Below, one piece after another: positions 36,687 to 46,077 of a stretch of 64,000 nucleotides of DNA. The stretch covers positions 14,620-78,619 of the forward strand of contig CALCLY010000027.1 in assembly GCA_937966555.1 (NCBI GenBank), written 5' to 3'. The notes under the pieces were generated by a model, which was given only the letters and a program-made list of their open reading frames with translations, had not been told where the DNA came from and did not search any database. The translations under genes were made by a program, and so were the position numbers. Within the stretch, counting starts at the first letter, position 1. Every line of letters begins with the position of its first letter. The stretch is from an uncultured Clostridia bacterium. Its GTDB lineage: Bacteria > Bacillota > Clostridia > UMGS1883 > UMGS1540.

Positions 36687-37922
36687 TCACTGAGCAAGAT
36701 ACGCCTTCTGCTCCTCCGAAAGCGCGTCTATACTTTTTCCCCACGTCTTTATTTTAAGCTCCGCCACGAATTTATCTATTTCCGCCGGAACGTCATACAC
36801 TTTATTCTGAAGCTTTTCGTAATTTTCCGCCATGTATTTTACGGACATTGTCTGAATGGCAAAGCTCATATCCATAATTTCCGCCGGGTGACCGTCCCCC
36901 GCGGCAAGATTTACAAGCCTTCCCTCCGCCAAAAGGTAGAGCGAATTGCCGTTTCTGAGTCTGTATTCCGTAATATTCGGCTTGATCTCTCCGGAATATT
37001 CCGAAAGAGACAAAAGGTCGGGCTTTGAAATCTCAACGTCAAAGTGACCGGCGTTTGCCATCATCGCGCCGTTTTTCATCTTCTCGAAATGACGCTTTGT
37101 CAAAACGTCCTTACAGCCTGTAAGCGTTACGAAAACATCGCCCAATGCCGCCGCCTCGTCCATGGGCATAATCTCAAATCCGTCCATAGCCGCCTCAATT
37201 GCCTTTACTGCGTCAACCTCACACACAATCACCTTTGCACCCAGACCCTTGGCGCGCATTGCGCACCCTCTGCCGCACCAGCCGTAGCCTGCTATAACAA
37301 CCGTTTTTCCGGCAACTATGAGATTTGTCGTGCGGTCGATTCCGTCCCAGACGGACTGACCCGTTCCGTAGCGGTTGTCAAAAAGGTGCTTGCAGAGCGC
37401 GTCGTTTGCGGAAATCATCGGGAAAAGCAGCTCGCCGCGTTTTTCCTTTGCGCGGAGGCGCATAACGCCCGTTGTCGTCTCCTCCGAGCCGCCGCGTATT
37501 TTAGCGCACAGCGCGCGTTTTTCGGAGTGCAGCGCGGCAACAAGGTCGCCGCCGTCGTCTATAAACACATCGGGCTTTGCGTCAAGCGCCGCGCCGATAT
37601 GTCTGAAATACTCTTCGTCCGACACGCCGTGAACCGCGAAAACGTCGATTCCGCCGTGAAGCAGCGCCGCCGCAACATCGTCCTGCGTTGAAAGGGGGTT
37701 GCAGCCCGTAACCGTAACTTTTGCGCCGCCTGCCTTAAGCACGCGCGCCATGTACGCGGTTTTTGCCTCAACGTGAATGCTTATCGTTATGTTAAGTCCT
37801 TCAAACGGCTTTGTCTTCTCAAAGTCCTTTTCTATGTAGTTTAAAAGGGGCATATGCCTTTTTACCCACTCGATTTTTGCGTCTCCGCTTTTGTAAAGCG
37901 AAATGTCTTTTACTATACTCAT
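36687..37922 (-). CDS. ahcY: adenosylhomocysteinase
   Basis: GCNPLSTQDDVAAAL, the NAD-binding GYGWCGRG motif and HFDVEI blocks. 411 aa. Confidence 0.92.
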   Translation of the reverse strand: MSIVKDISLYKSGDAKIEWVKRHMPLLNYIEKDFEKTKPFEGLNITISIHVEAKTAYMARVLKAGGAKVTVTGCNPLSTQDDVAAALLHGGIDVFAVHGVSDEEYFRHIGAALDAKPDVFIDDGGDLVAALHSEKRALCAKIRGGSEETTTGVMRLRAKEKRGELLFPMISANDALCKHLFDNRYGTGQSVWDGIDRTTNLIVAGKTVVIAGYGWCGRGCAMRAKGLGAKVIVCEVDAVKAIEAAMDGFEIMPMDEAAALGDVFVTLTGCKDVLTKRHFEKMKNGAMMANAGHFDVEISKPDLLSLSEYSGEIKPNITEYRLRNGNSLYLLAEGRLVNLAAGDGHPAEIMDMSFAIQTMSVKYMAENYEKLQNKVYDVPAEIDKFVAELKIKTWGKSIDALSEEQKAYLAQ

Positions 37923-37939
37923 CGGTTAATCCGTCTCCT

Positions 37940-38737
37940 TTATATCTTATGAAATTCGGGTTTTCTCTCTTTGAACGTTGCAATGTATTTAAACCCGGCG
38001 CGCCTTGCAAGCTCCAGCCCCTTCTCAAGGCAGAGACCCACATTCTGCGGCGTGTGCGCGTCCGTCCCTATTGTGAGAATCTCGCCGCCCAGCGCACGGT
38101 ATTTTTTGATAAGCTCAATCCCCGGAAGGCTCGCTCCGCCGTCGCGCATGCCGGAAACATTTATCTCAATTCCTTTTCCGAGAGACACCGCCTGCCTTAA
38201 AACAATTATGGCCATATCCTCATAGTCGCTCACGTTTACCGGAATTTTCTGCTTTGCAATGTACCTGCATATGTAGTTTAAGTGGCCGAAAACATCGTAA
38301 AGACCTGTTTTCGCCGCCTCCGCCGCTTCAAGAAAATATTTTGAAAGCCATGCCGAAACGTTTGCCATGGTGTATGTCTCAAACGCCAGATCTATGTCCC
38401 CCGTAACGTTGTGCACGGAGCCTATTACAAAGTCGTAATCATGAGAATCAAGCATTTTTTTCACGTTTTCGGGATAAAGCTGCGCCTGCCCCGCCTCAAT
38501 GCCGGCGGCAATGTCTATCTTGTCACCGTAAAGTCCGCGGACGCGCGAAAGCTCTTCAAAATATTTTTTCGGGTCGTATTCGCTTATGCAGTCTTTGTCC
38601 TTCTGGAACGGGTCGAAATGGTCCGTTATTGCTATATGCGTGATGCCCGACGCTATCGCTTTTTTTACAATTTCCTCCATCGGCGCATGCGAGTCGAAAG
38701 AAATTTCACTGTGAATATGATAATCTGCCAAAAACAT
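37940..38737 (-). CDS. PHP-family histidinol-phosphatase-like protein (HisJ family)
   Basis: MFLADYHIHSEISFDS, ITDH, GSVH and GTDAH metal-binding motifs. Confidence 0.8.
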   Translation of the reverse strand: MFLADYHIHSEISFDSHAPMEEIVKKAIASGITHIAITDHFDPFQKDKDCISEYDPKKYFEELSRVRGLYGDKIDIAAGIEAGQAQLYPENVKKMLDSHDYDFVIGSVHNVTGDIDLAFETYTMANVSAWLSKYFLEAAEAAKTGLYDVFGHLNYICRYIAKQKIPVNVSDYEDMAIIVLRQAVSLGKGIEINVSGMRDGGASLPGIELIKKYRALGGEILTIGTDAHTPQNVGLCLEKGLELARRAGFKYIATFKERKPEFHKI

Positions 38738-38860
38738 ACAGAACCCTTTCCTTCCTAATAGTATCCGATATTAAATTATATAACAATGTCCTTTTAATGT
38801 CAATCCTTTTCCGTGAAAAGTTGGTGAGCGGAATATTTTGCAAAAAGTTTGTTTAAAAAC

Positions 38861-38889
38861 TTGACTTTATTTTCCTTCGGGGGTATAAT
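38861..38889 (+). promoter_or_regulatory. sigma-A promoter for the LRR protein gene
   Basis: TTGACT (38861-38866), 17 nt, TATAAT (38884-38889). Confidence 0.6.
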
Positions 38890-39023
38890 TAGAACGAAAG
38901 TTAAAAATTTTTTTGTGTTTTTATTCCACATAATCATTGTACGGATTAAAGCATTTTAAATGTATCGGGAATAATTAAAACAAAAGTATTCTGATTTAAA
39001 TATAATTTTGGAGGGCAATATCA

Positions 39024-41726
39024 GTGAAAAAGAAAATAATACTGTCACTTATTTTAATGTGTGTAGGAATAATATCATTAGGTGTGCTGAACGCCGCGGC
39101 ATATACATACGGTGATCTGACATATAAGAAATCTGGCTATACAATAACAATTACCGGTTGTAATAAATCCGCAGCCAATGTTGTAATTCCGTCAAAAATT
39201 AAAGGCAGAACCGTGACAAGTATAGATGATGATGCGTTTAGAGGTTGCAGCGGTCTTACAAGTATAACGATACCCGACAGCGTAGCGAGCATAGGTGATT
39301 ATGCGTTTAACGGTTGCAGCAGCCTTACGAGTATAACAATATCTGACAGTGTGACGAGCATAGGTGATGGTGCGTTTAGCGGTTGCAGCAGCCTTAAAAG
39401 CATAACAATACCCGACGGTGTTAAGAGCAGCATAGGAAGTGATATGTTTAGAGGTTGCAGCAGCCTTACGAGTATAACAATACCCGACAGCGTGACGAGC
39501 ATAGGTTATTCTGCGTTTAGCGGCTGCACCGGTCTTACGAGCGTAACGATAGGTAACGGCGTGACAAGCATAGGTGGTTCTGCGTTTAGCGGTTGCAGCA
39601 GTCTTACGAGCGTAACAATACCCGACAGCGTGACAAGCATAAGTGATTCTGCGTTTTACGGTTGCGGCAGCCTTACGAGCGTAACGATACCCGACAGCGT
39701 GACAAGCATAGGTGATAATGCGTTTGCAGATTGCAAAAATCTTGCGAAAGTAACAATACCCGACAGCGTGACAAGCATAGGTGATTCTGCGTTTAGCGGC
39801 TGTGAAAGCCTTATGCGAATAACAATGCCCGACAGCGTGACAAGCATAGGTGATTATGCGTTTAGCGGTTGCAGCAGCCTTACGGGCATAACGATACCCG
39901 GCAGTGTAACGAGCATAGGTTATTCTGCGTTTGGAAATTGCAGCAGTCTTAACCGAGTAAACATAACTGACATAGCGGCTTGGTGTAAAATAGATTTTTG
40001 GCCTAATTATTCCAATCCGTTAACATATGCCCACAATTTGTATCTAAACGGAAAGTTGGTAGAAAACCTTGTGATACCGGGCGGTGTAACGAGTATAAGC
40101 TATTATGCATTTAGCGACTGCACCGGTATTAAGAGTGTAACAATACCCGACAGCGTGACAAGCATAGGTGATAATGCGTTTGCAGATTGCAAAAATCTTG
40201 CGAAAGTAACAATACCCGACAGCGTGACGAGCATAGGTGGGTATGCGTTTGGCGGTTGCACCGGTCTTACGAGCATAACGATACCCGACAGCGTGACGAG
40301 CATAGGTGGGTATGCGTTTGGCGGTTGCACCGGTCTTACAAGCGTAACGATACCCGACAGTGTGACGAGCATAGGTGATGGTGCGTTTAGAGGTTGCACC
40401 GGTCTTACAAGCGTAACAATACCCGACAGCGTAACAAGCATAGGTGGGTATACGTTTAGCGGTTGCCGACGCCTTACGAGCATAACAATACCCGACAGCG
40501 TAACGAGCATAGGTGATTATGCGTTTGACGATTGCAAAAATCTTAACAGGGTGGATATAACGGACATAGCTGCCTGGTGTAAAATAAACTTTATAAAATC
40601 TTATGATGGAAATGTTTCAAATCCATTAATGTATGCAGACAACTTGTATTTAAATGGAGAACGGGTAGAAAACCTTGTGATACCGGACGGTGTAACGAGT
40701 ATAAGCGATTATGCTTTTTACGGTTGCACCGGGCTTACAAGTGTAACATTCCCGGACGGATTAAATATTATACCGGAATCAGCTTTTAGCAATTGCAGCA
40801 ACCTTAAAGCAATTACAATTCCCGCAAGCATGGAGTACATAAGAAATGGTGCTTTCAGCGGCTGTAAAAACATAAAATATATCTTCTTCAAAGGCAGCCG
40901 TGACTTTTGGGACAACGAAATGCTTATATACACAGGAAATGACGCTTTAAACAATGCAGAAATAATTTGCGACGCAAAAGAAAAAACATATAACTTTGTA
41001 ACAAACTGCGAAAAAACATTGTCTCCCGTTACAGCTTACTATATTGCCGTTAAGCCTAAAACAGACACTCTGAGCAGAAAAAAATATGTGACAGGCTGGT
41101 ATGATAACCCGGAGCTTTCCGGAGAGCCCGTAGAATTCCCGTATTACAGCGACAAAACAACGCTTTATGCCAAATTGGCGGACAGAACCGGGGAAAGCTT
41201 TGAAAGCGCCGTTTATGTCCCCGAAAACGGGAGCAGTACGATAAATAAAAATATAGATAATAAATATTATGGGACGTTTATTCCCGAAAAAACGGGAGAG
41301 TATATTTTTAAATCCACCGCCGGCAAATACTTATACTTATATAACAGTAATAAAGCTGAGCTGGCATCAGGCAGCAACAGTATAACATTCAGCCTTGCCG
41401 CAGGAGAGATATATTATATAATGAATACATATATGTACTCCTATGGTGGTACTTTAACGGTTACACAGGCAGGCTATAAAGGAACATCAACGTCAATTTC
41501 AAATAACGGTAAAAAAATAAGAATTTTGCCGAATAAAATAGAACCCGGCACAAAAATAACAGTTGCGCTGTATAACGGAGACAAGTTTGTCGGAACAAAG
41601 GTTGCCACGTATCGGGGCGGCGCGATAGAGTTTACAACAAACACGGAATACACAAGCATAAAGGTTATGGCGTGGAACGCAGACAATTTGACGCCGTGCG
41701 CAAAGGCAGAGGTTGTTGAAAGGTAA
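39024..41726 (+). CDS. BspA-type leucine-rich-repeat surface protein
   Basis: GTG start with GGAGGG upstream and a signal-anchor sequence. More than 20 copies of the 23-aa unit LTSITIPDSVTSIGDYAFSGCSS. The non-LRR C-terminal region is about 300 aa. Confidence 0.85.
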   Translation: MKKKIILSLILMCVGIISLGVLNAAAYTYGDLTYKKSGYTITITGCNKSAANVVIPSKIKGRTVTSIDDDAFRGCSGLTSITIPDSVASIGDYAFNGCSSLTSITISDSVTSIGDGAFSGCSSLKSITIPDGVKSSIGSDMFRGCSSLTSITIPDSVTSIGYSAFSGCTGLTSVTIGNGVTSIGGSAFSGCSSLTSVTIPDSVTSISDSAFYGCGSLTSVTIPDSVTSIGDNAFADCKNLAKVTIPDSVTSIGDSAFSGCESLMRITMPDSVTSIGDYAFSGCSSLTGITIPGSVTSIGYSAFGNCSSLNRVNITDIAAWCKIDFWPNYSNPLTYAHNLYLNGKLVENLVIPGGVTSISYYAFSDCTGIKSVTIPDSVTSIGDNAFADCKNLAKVTIPDSVTSIGGYAFGGCTGLTSITIPDSVTSIGGYAFGGCTGLTSVTIPDSVTSIGDGAFRGCTGLTSVTIPDSVTSIGGYTFSGCRRLTSITIPDSVTSIGDYAFDDCKNLNRVDITDIAAWCKINFIKSYDGNVSNPLMYADNLYLNGERVENLVIPDGVTSISDYAFYGCTGLTSVTFPDGLNIIPESAFSNCSNLKAITIPASMEYIRNGAFSGCKNIKYIFFKGSRDFWDNEMLIYTGNDALNNAEIICDAKEKTYNFVTNCEKTLSPVTAYYIAVKPKTDTLSRKKYVTGWYDNPELSGEPVEFPYYSDKTTLYAKLADRTGESFESAVYVPENGSSTINKNIDNKYYGTFIPEKTGEYIFKSTAGKYLYLYNSNKAELASGSNSITFSLAAGEIYYIMNTYMYSYGGTLTVTQAGYKGTSTSISNNGKKIRILPNKIEPGTKITVALYNGDKFVGTKVATYRGGAIEFTTNTEYTSIKVMAWNADNLTPCAKAEVVER

Positions 41727-41754
41727 AATGCATAATTAATAACCGCGAAAGCGG

Positions 41755-41902
41755 TTAAAATCATAAAAAGCCGCGGCGTGTACGTGGCTTTTTATTCCTA
41801 TATGAGGGTAGGAAACAATGTGTTGTTTCCGTAAGCGGAGCGCCGAATGCAACCAAACGCAATGCTTGCTTTGCGTTTGAGAGCGAACAAGCGTGAGCGA
41901 CC
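41755..41902. repeat. single copy of the 139-bp composite unit between the convergent LRR and sigG genes
   Basis: Same module order as the 6449-6950 array. It ends 2 nt before the sigG stop codon (41905-41907). Confidence 0.92.
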
Positions 41903-41904
41903 TA

Positions 41905-42678
41905 CTACAAATACTTCTTCATATGCCCCAGCGCGCTTTTTTCAAGCCTTGACACCTGCGCCTGGCTTATCCCTATTTCGTCCGCCACCTCCATCTGTGT
42001 TTTTCCGCGGAAAAAGCGCAGGTCAAGAATCTGTTTTTCCCTGTCGCACAGTCTTTTCATAGCCTCCTTAAGGGAGATATCCTCAACCCAGTTTTCGTCC
42101 GAATTTTTATCGTCTTTCACCTGGTCCATAACAAAAACCGCGTCCGCTCCGTCATGATACACGGGTTCAAAAAGGGACAAGGGGTCCATGATGGCGTCAA
42201 GGGCATTGCAGACGTCCTCTTTCGGAATTTCCATAATTTTTGCGATTTCGTCCACGGTGGGCTCCTTCTGCCGCTCCGCCGTGAGCTTTTCTTTAACTGC
42301 CAGCGCCTTATACGCCGTGTCCCTCACCGAGCGGCTGACGCGGATTATGTTATAGTCGCGCAGATAGCGGCGCAGCTCGCCTATAATCATGGGCACGGCA
42401 TATGTTGAAAACTTCACCATGTGGCTTGTATCAAAGTTATCTATGGCTTTTATAAGCCCTATGCAGCCGACCTGAAAAAGGTCGTCCGCGCTTTCTCCGC
42501 GCCCGCCGAACTTCTGAATAACGCTTAAAACAAGGCGCAGATTTCCGTATATAAATTTTTCGCGCGCGGCGGTGTTTCCCCTCTTTATCTCCGCCATAAG
42601 CTCCTCTTTTTCCTTTTCCGAAAGAAGCGGAAGCGCCGATGTGGTCACGCCGCATATTTCAACTTTTGACACAGCCAT
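41905..42678 (-). CDS. sigG: sporulation sigma factor SigG
   Basis: VSKVEICGV, GNLRLVLSVIQKF, DLFQVGCIGL.KAIDNFD, KFSTYAVPMIIGE.RRYLRD and GISQAQVSRLEK track B. subtilis SigG closely. Start trimmed to MAVSK (ATG 42678). Confidence 0.88.
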   Translation of the reverse strand: MAVSKVEICGVTTSALPLLSEKEKEELMAEIKRGNTAAREKFIYGNLRLVLSVIQKFGGRGESADDLFQVGCIGLIKAIDNFDTSHMVKFSTYAVPMIIGELRRYLRDYNIIRVSRSVRDTAYKALAVKEKLTAERQKEPTVDEIAKIMEIPKEDVCNALDAIMDPLSLFEPVYHDGADAVFVMDQVKDDKNSDENWVEDISLKEAMKRLCDREKQILDLRFFRGKTQMEVADEIGISQAQVSRLEKSALGHMKKYL

Positions 42679-42808
42679 AAAAAAATCCCCCGTCCGCACA
42701 TTTTTTATTAAACCCGCAAAATCGGATTTAATATGTACAAACGGGGGAAAAATATGTTTCGTCATGTATTCTTCCCGTTTTACGGAAATTTATTCTCTTT
42801 GATCTCTT

Positions 42809-43543
42809 TTAATCTCCTTCAATCATTCTGTAGCCGACGCCCATTTCCGTGAGAATGTATTTGGGCTCTGCCGGGTCTTTTTCAATTTTGCGCCTGATGC
42901 TTGCCATGTTTACGCGCAGAATACTGTTTTCGCTGTCGGCAGGCACCGTACCCCAGATGTTTCTCATCAGAAAATCGTACGTAAGCACCCTTCCGGCATG
43001 CACCGAAAGCAGCGAAATCAGGTTGAACTCCTTCTGGGTGAAATGGATTTCTTCCCCGTCAACCAAAACGCGTCTCTTGTCATAGTCAACCAAAAGCCCG
43101 TCCGCGCGAAACGGCGTTTTCGAAGAACGGATACTCTCCGCACGGTGGGCATGTCTTAAAGCCGTGCGTACGCGCGCCAAAAGCTCCGCTGTGCCGAACG
43201 GCTTTGTTATATAATCATCCGCTCCGCAGTCCAGAGCCTCAACCTTGTCCGCTTCATGTGTGCGCGCAGATACAACAAGTATCGGCATACGGCTTGTCTC
43301 CCTCACGCTTTTTATTATATTTATCCCGTCTTCATCAGGAAGTCCCAAGTCGAGAATGACAATATCGGGCATGTACGAGCCTATCATCAGCCGCGCAGTC
43401 GCAGCATTTTGTGCAATACGGACCGCATATCCGTGAGCCTCCAAAACCGCCGACATAAAATCCGCGATATTTTCCTCATCCTCAACCACGATAACACTGT
43501 ATTTGTTATTGTTTGCCTTTGTTTTCGGCTTTGACTTTTCCAT
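42809..43543 (-). CDS. OmpR-family response regulator (KdpE-like)
   Basis: Receiver VIVVEDEE...DIVILDLGLPDEDG and a winged-helix C-terminus ILTEMGVGYRM. The start overlaps the end of the kinase gene. Confidence 0.9.
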   Translation of the reverse strand: MEKSKPKTKANNNKYSVIVVEDEENIADFMSAVLEAHGYAVRIAQNAATARLMIGSYMPDIVILDLGLPDEDGINIIKSVRETSRMPILVVSARTHEADKVEALDCGADDYITKPFGTAELLARVRTALRHAHRAESIRSSKTPFRADGLLVDYDKRRVLVDGEEIHFTQKEFNLISLLSVHAGRVLTYDFLMRNIWGTVPADSENSILRVNMASIRRKIEKDPAEPKYILTEMGVGYRMIEGD

Positions 43544-44612
43544 TTTCTTCAAGCGGCAGCATGAACGATACCGCCGCACCTCCGTTCTTTAAATTTTCCG
43601 CCTTCATTTTGCCGCCGTGCGCTTTTATAATCGTGCTGCACAATGAAAGACCTATCCCCATATTCCTTTTTCCGTCCGTCGGAGCATTGCCCGAATAGTT
43701 TACTTCGCCGCTTAAAATATTCGGGAGAGCCGCGGGGTCAAATCCAACTCCGTTGTCACTGACGCTGAAAACGGCGAAATCGCCTTTTCTTTTTAAATCA
43801 AGATTAATTTCCGTGGCGCATTTCGAATGAGTTGCCGCGTTTTCAAGCAGATTGAGAAGAACCTGTTCAATCAGAATTGCATCCATCGGCAACAGCATAA
43901 CGTCATCGGGAATACTTGCATGCACCTTCCTATTGGGAAAACTCTGCCTGAATTTGCGCAGCGTTGCATCTATAACTTCCTCCGGAATTTCGGGTGTTTT
44001 ATTGATTTTCGTTCCGCCGGAATCGTTTATACGCGTAATCGAAAGAAGATTTTCAACCATGCGCAGAAGGTGACACGCCTCTTCGTTTATGCTCCCGATA
44101 AGCCGTGCATTGTTCTCCTCGGAAAGTCTTTTTCCGTTTTCCAAAACAGCGGAGCTTGCGCCTATTATCGATGTTAATGGTGTGCGCACATCGTGCGAGA
44201 TGGCACGCAGCAGATTGCTTCTCATTTTTTCTTTTTCCGCAAGCGCCTTGACGCGCTCCGTCTGCTTTATCCGCGCCGTCAGCATACTTGTTATAACCGA
44301 AACCGACACCATGCACGTTATTGCAAGCGGATATCCCGACAATGCAAAATTAAACTCAAAAAACGGATACGTAAATACAAGATTTACAATAAGCGCGCTT
44401 AAAACCGATGCCGCAATGCCGCATAACACACCGTTTGTAAATCGCGTCACCAAAAACACCGCCATAAGAAACATCATAGGGATAACGGTTTCTCCTTCGC
44501 CGTTTAAATGAAACAGATAACATATACCCGAAACGGCGGCAAGGATCAGCACGGTTACCAAAATATCCCTTATGTGAATCTCAAAAACATCGGAAAGTTT
44601 AATCTTTTTCAT
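43506..44612 (-). CDS. sensor histidine kinase resembling the C-terminal half of KdpD (membrane DUF4118-like + HisKA + HATPase)
   Basis: About four transmembrane helices, then LRAISHDVRTPLTSI (H-box), the N-box LLENAATHS, and G-boxes DNGVGF / GIGLSLC. The N-terminal KdpD sensor domain is absent. Confidence 0.85.
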   Translation of the reverse strand: MKKIKLSDVFEIHIRDILVTVLILAAVSGICYLFHLNGEGETVIPMMFLMAVFLVTRFTNGVLCGIAASVLSALIVNLVFTYPFFEFNFALSGYPLAITCMVSVSVITSMLTARIKQTERVKALAEKEKMRSNLLRAISHDVRTPLTSIIGASSAVLENGKRLSEENNARLIGSINEEACHLLRMVENLLSITRINDSGGTKINKTPEIPEEVIDATLRKFRQSFPNRKVHASIPDDVMLLPMDAILIEQVLLNLLENAATHSKCATEINLDLKRKGDFAVFSVSDNGVGFDPAALPNILSGEVNYSGNAPTDGKRNMGIGLSLCSTIIKAHGGKMKAENLKNGGAAVSFMLPLEENGKVKAENKGKQ

Positions 44613-44774
44613 TGGTATCCCCTCTTTCCTTTTTTACAGTATATCACAAATATTCCGAAATGTACATACTTTGCGCGTTAAGAAACCGTTAAGAAAACTT
44701 TTTTTGAAAAAAACTATTGATTTATCACTTATTTTATTATAAAATATTTTAAAATAACTTGAAAGGAACATTTT

Positions 44775-45896
44775 ATGGAACTATTATTCGGAAACATTTT
44801 AAACACCACCTGGCAGCAGGCGGTAATGTGGGTGCTGGGCGCGATTTTGATTTATCTCGCGATCAAAAAAGACATGGAGCCGGCGCTCCTTCTGCCGATG
44901 GGCTTTGGTGCAATTTTGGTAAACCTGCCGATGTCGGGCGCGGTAACGCAGATTTACGAAGGCGTGAAAGAGGCGGGCGTGCTTGACATTTTGTTTGACA
45001 GCGGCATTGCAAACGAACTTTTTCCGCTTTTGCTTTTTGTGGGAATAGGCGCCATGATTGATTTTACACCCCTTCTTACAAATCCTAAGCTTATGCTGTT
45101 CGGCGCGGCGGCACAATTCGGAATTTTCATGACGCTGAGCCTTGCGGCACTTTTCGGCTTTGACATAAAAGACGCGGCGTCGATAGCCATAATAGGCGCG
45201 GCGGACGGACCTACCTCGATTTTTGTTGCAAACTATTTAAAATCAAACTACATAGGCGCCATAATCGTTGCGGCTTATTCTTACATGGCTTTGGTGCCTA
45301 TCGTTCAGCCGCCGATTATAAAGCTTCTCACAACAAAAAAAGAGCGCCTCATACGCATGCCTTACGCTTCAAAAACAATTTCAAAGAGAACAAAAATTCT
45401 CTTCCCCATTATAATCACCGTTATTGTGGGACTTGTTTCCCCGAGAAGCGTGGCGCTTATAGGCTTTCTGATGTTCGGAAATCTGCTCCGCGAATGCGGC
45501 GTCTTAAACTCGCTTTCCGAAAGCGCGCAAAACGTTCTGGCAAATCTTGTAACGCTTTTGCTCGGAATCACCGTGGCTTCGAAAATGCAGGCGGAGGCTT
45601 TTCTCGCTCCGCAGACGCTGCTTATCCTCCTTCTCGGACTTTTCGCATTTGTTTTTGACACGGCGGGCGGCGTGATTTTCGCGAAAATCATGAATCTTTT
45701 CACCAAAAACAAGGTAAACCCCATGATAGGTGCGGCAGGCATATCGGCTTTCCCGATGTCGGCGCGCGTTGTTCACAAAATAGGTCTTGCGGAGGATAAC
45801 CAGAATTTTCTCCTCATGCACGCCGTGGGCGCAAACGTTTCGGGGCAGATAGCTTCCGTAATTGCCGGCGGACTGCTTCTTAATCTTATTGCTTAG
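44775..45896 (+). CDS. sodium-ion-translocating decarboxylase beta subunit (OadB/GcdB/MmdB family)
   Basis: Polytopic membrane protein. N-terminus WQQAVMWVLGAILIYLAIKKDMEPALLLPMGFGAILVNLP and GAADGPTSIF are typical of the family. Confidence 0.85.
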   Translation: MELLFGNILNTTWQQAVMWVLGAILIYLAIKKDMEPALLLPMGFGAILVNLPMSGAVTQIYEGVKEAGVLDILFDSGIANELFPLLLFVGIGAMIDFTPLLTNPKLMLFGAAAQFGIFMTLSLAALFGFDIKDAASIAIIGAADGPTSIFVANYLKSNYIGAIIVAAYSYMALVPIVQPPIIKLLTTKKERLIRMPYASKTISKRTKILFPIIITVIVGLVSPRSVALIGFLMFGNLLRECGVLNSLSESAQNVLANLVTLLLGITVASKMQAEAFLAPQTLLILLLGLFAFVFDTAGGVIFAKIMNLFTKNKVNPMIGAAGISAFPMSARVVHKIGLAEDNQNFLLMHAVGANVSGQIASVIAGGLLLNLIA

Positions 45897-45910
45897 AAAG
45901 GCGGTTAAAC

Positions 45911-46036
45911 ATGAATTTTGACATAAATCTTTTTCTTTATACACTTCCCGTTATGGGGAAAGGCATGGCAGGCATTTTTATTGTGACCGCCGCGATTATA
46001 CTGTGCATGAAACTTATGACGGCGGCGGATAAGTAG
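45911..46036 (+). CDS. small OadG-like membrane subunit (41 aa)
   Basis: MNFDINLFLYTLPVMGKGMAGIFIVTAAIILCMKLMTAADK contains one transmembrane helix and the GMxxIF pattern of gamma subunits. Below the ORF-track size cutoff. Its TAG stop lies inside REP core 46033-46059. Confidence 0.5.
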   Translation: MNFDINLFLYTLPVMGKGMAGIFIVTAAIILCMKLMTAADK

Positions 46037-46059
46037 GGGCGACCCTATGTGGTCGCCCG
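46033..46059 (+). repeat. REP core immediately upstream of the RAYT gene
   Basis: GTAGGGGCGACCctatgtGGTCGCCCG. Confidence 0.95.
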
Positions 46060-46077
46060 AAATAAAGGAATGACGAA

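Noticed and set aside
39299-40510. Antisense ORFs with MLVTLSGIV repeats, and the 2355-2708 alternate-frame ORF
   Set aside because: They are by-products of periodic DNA inside the LRR gene and the tail-fibre-like gene. The sense frames carry the recognisable motifs.
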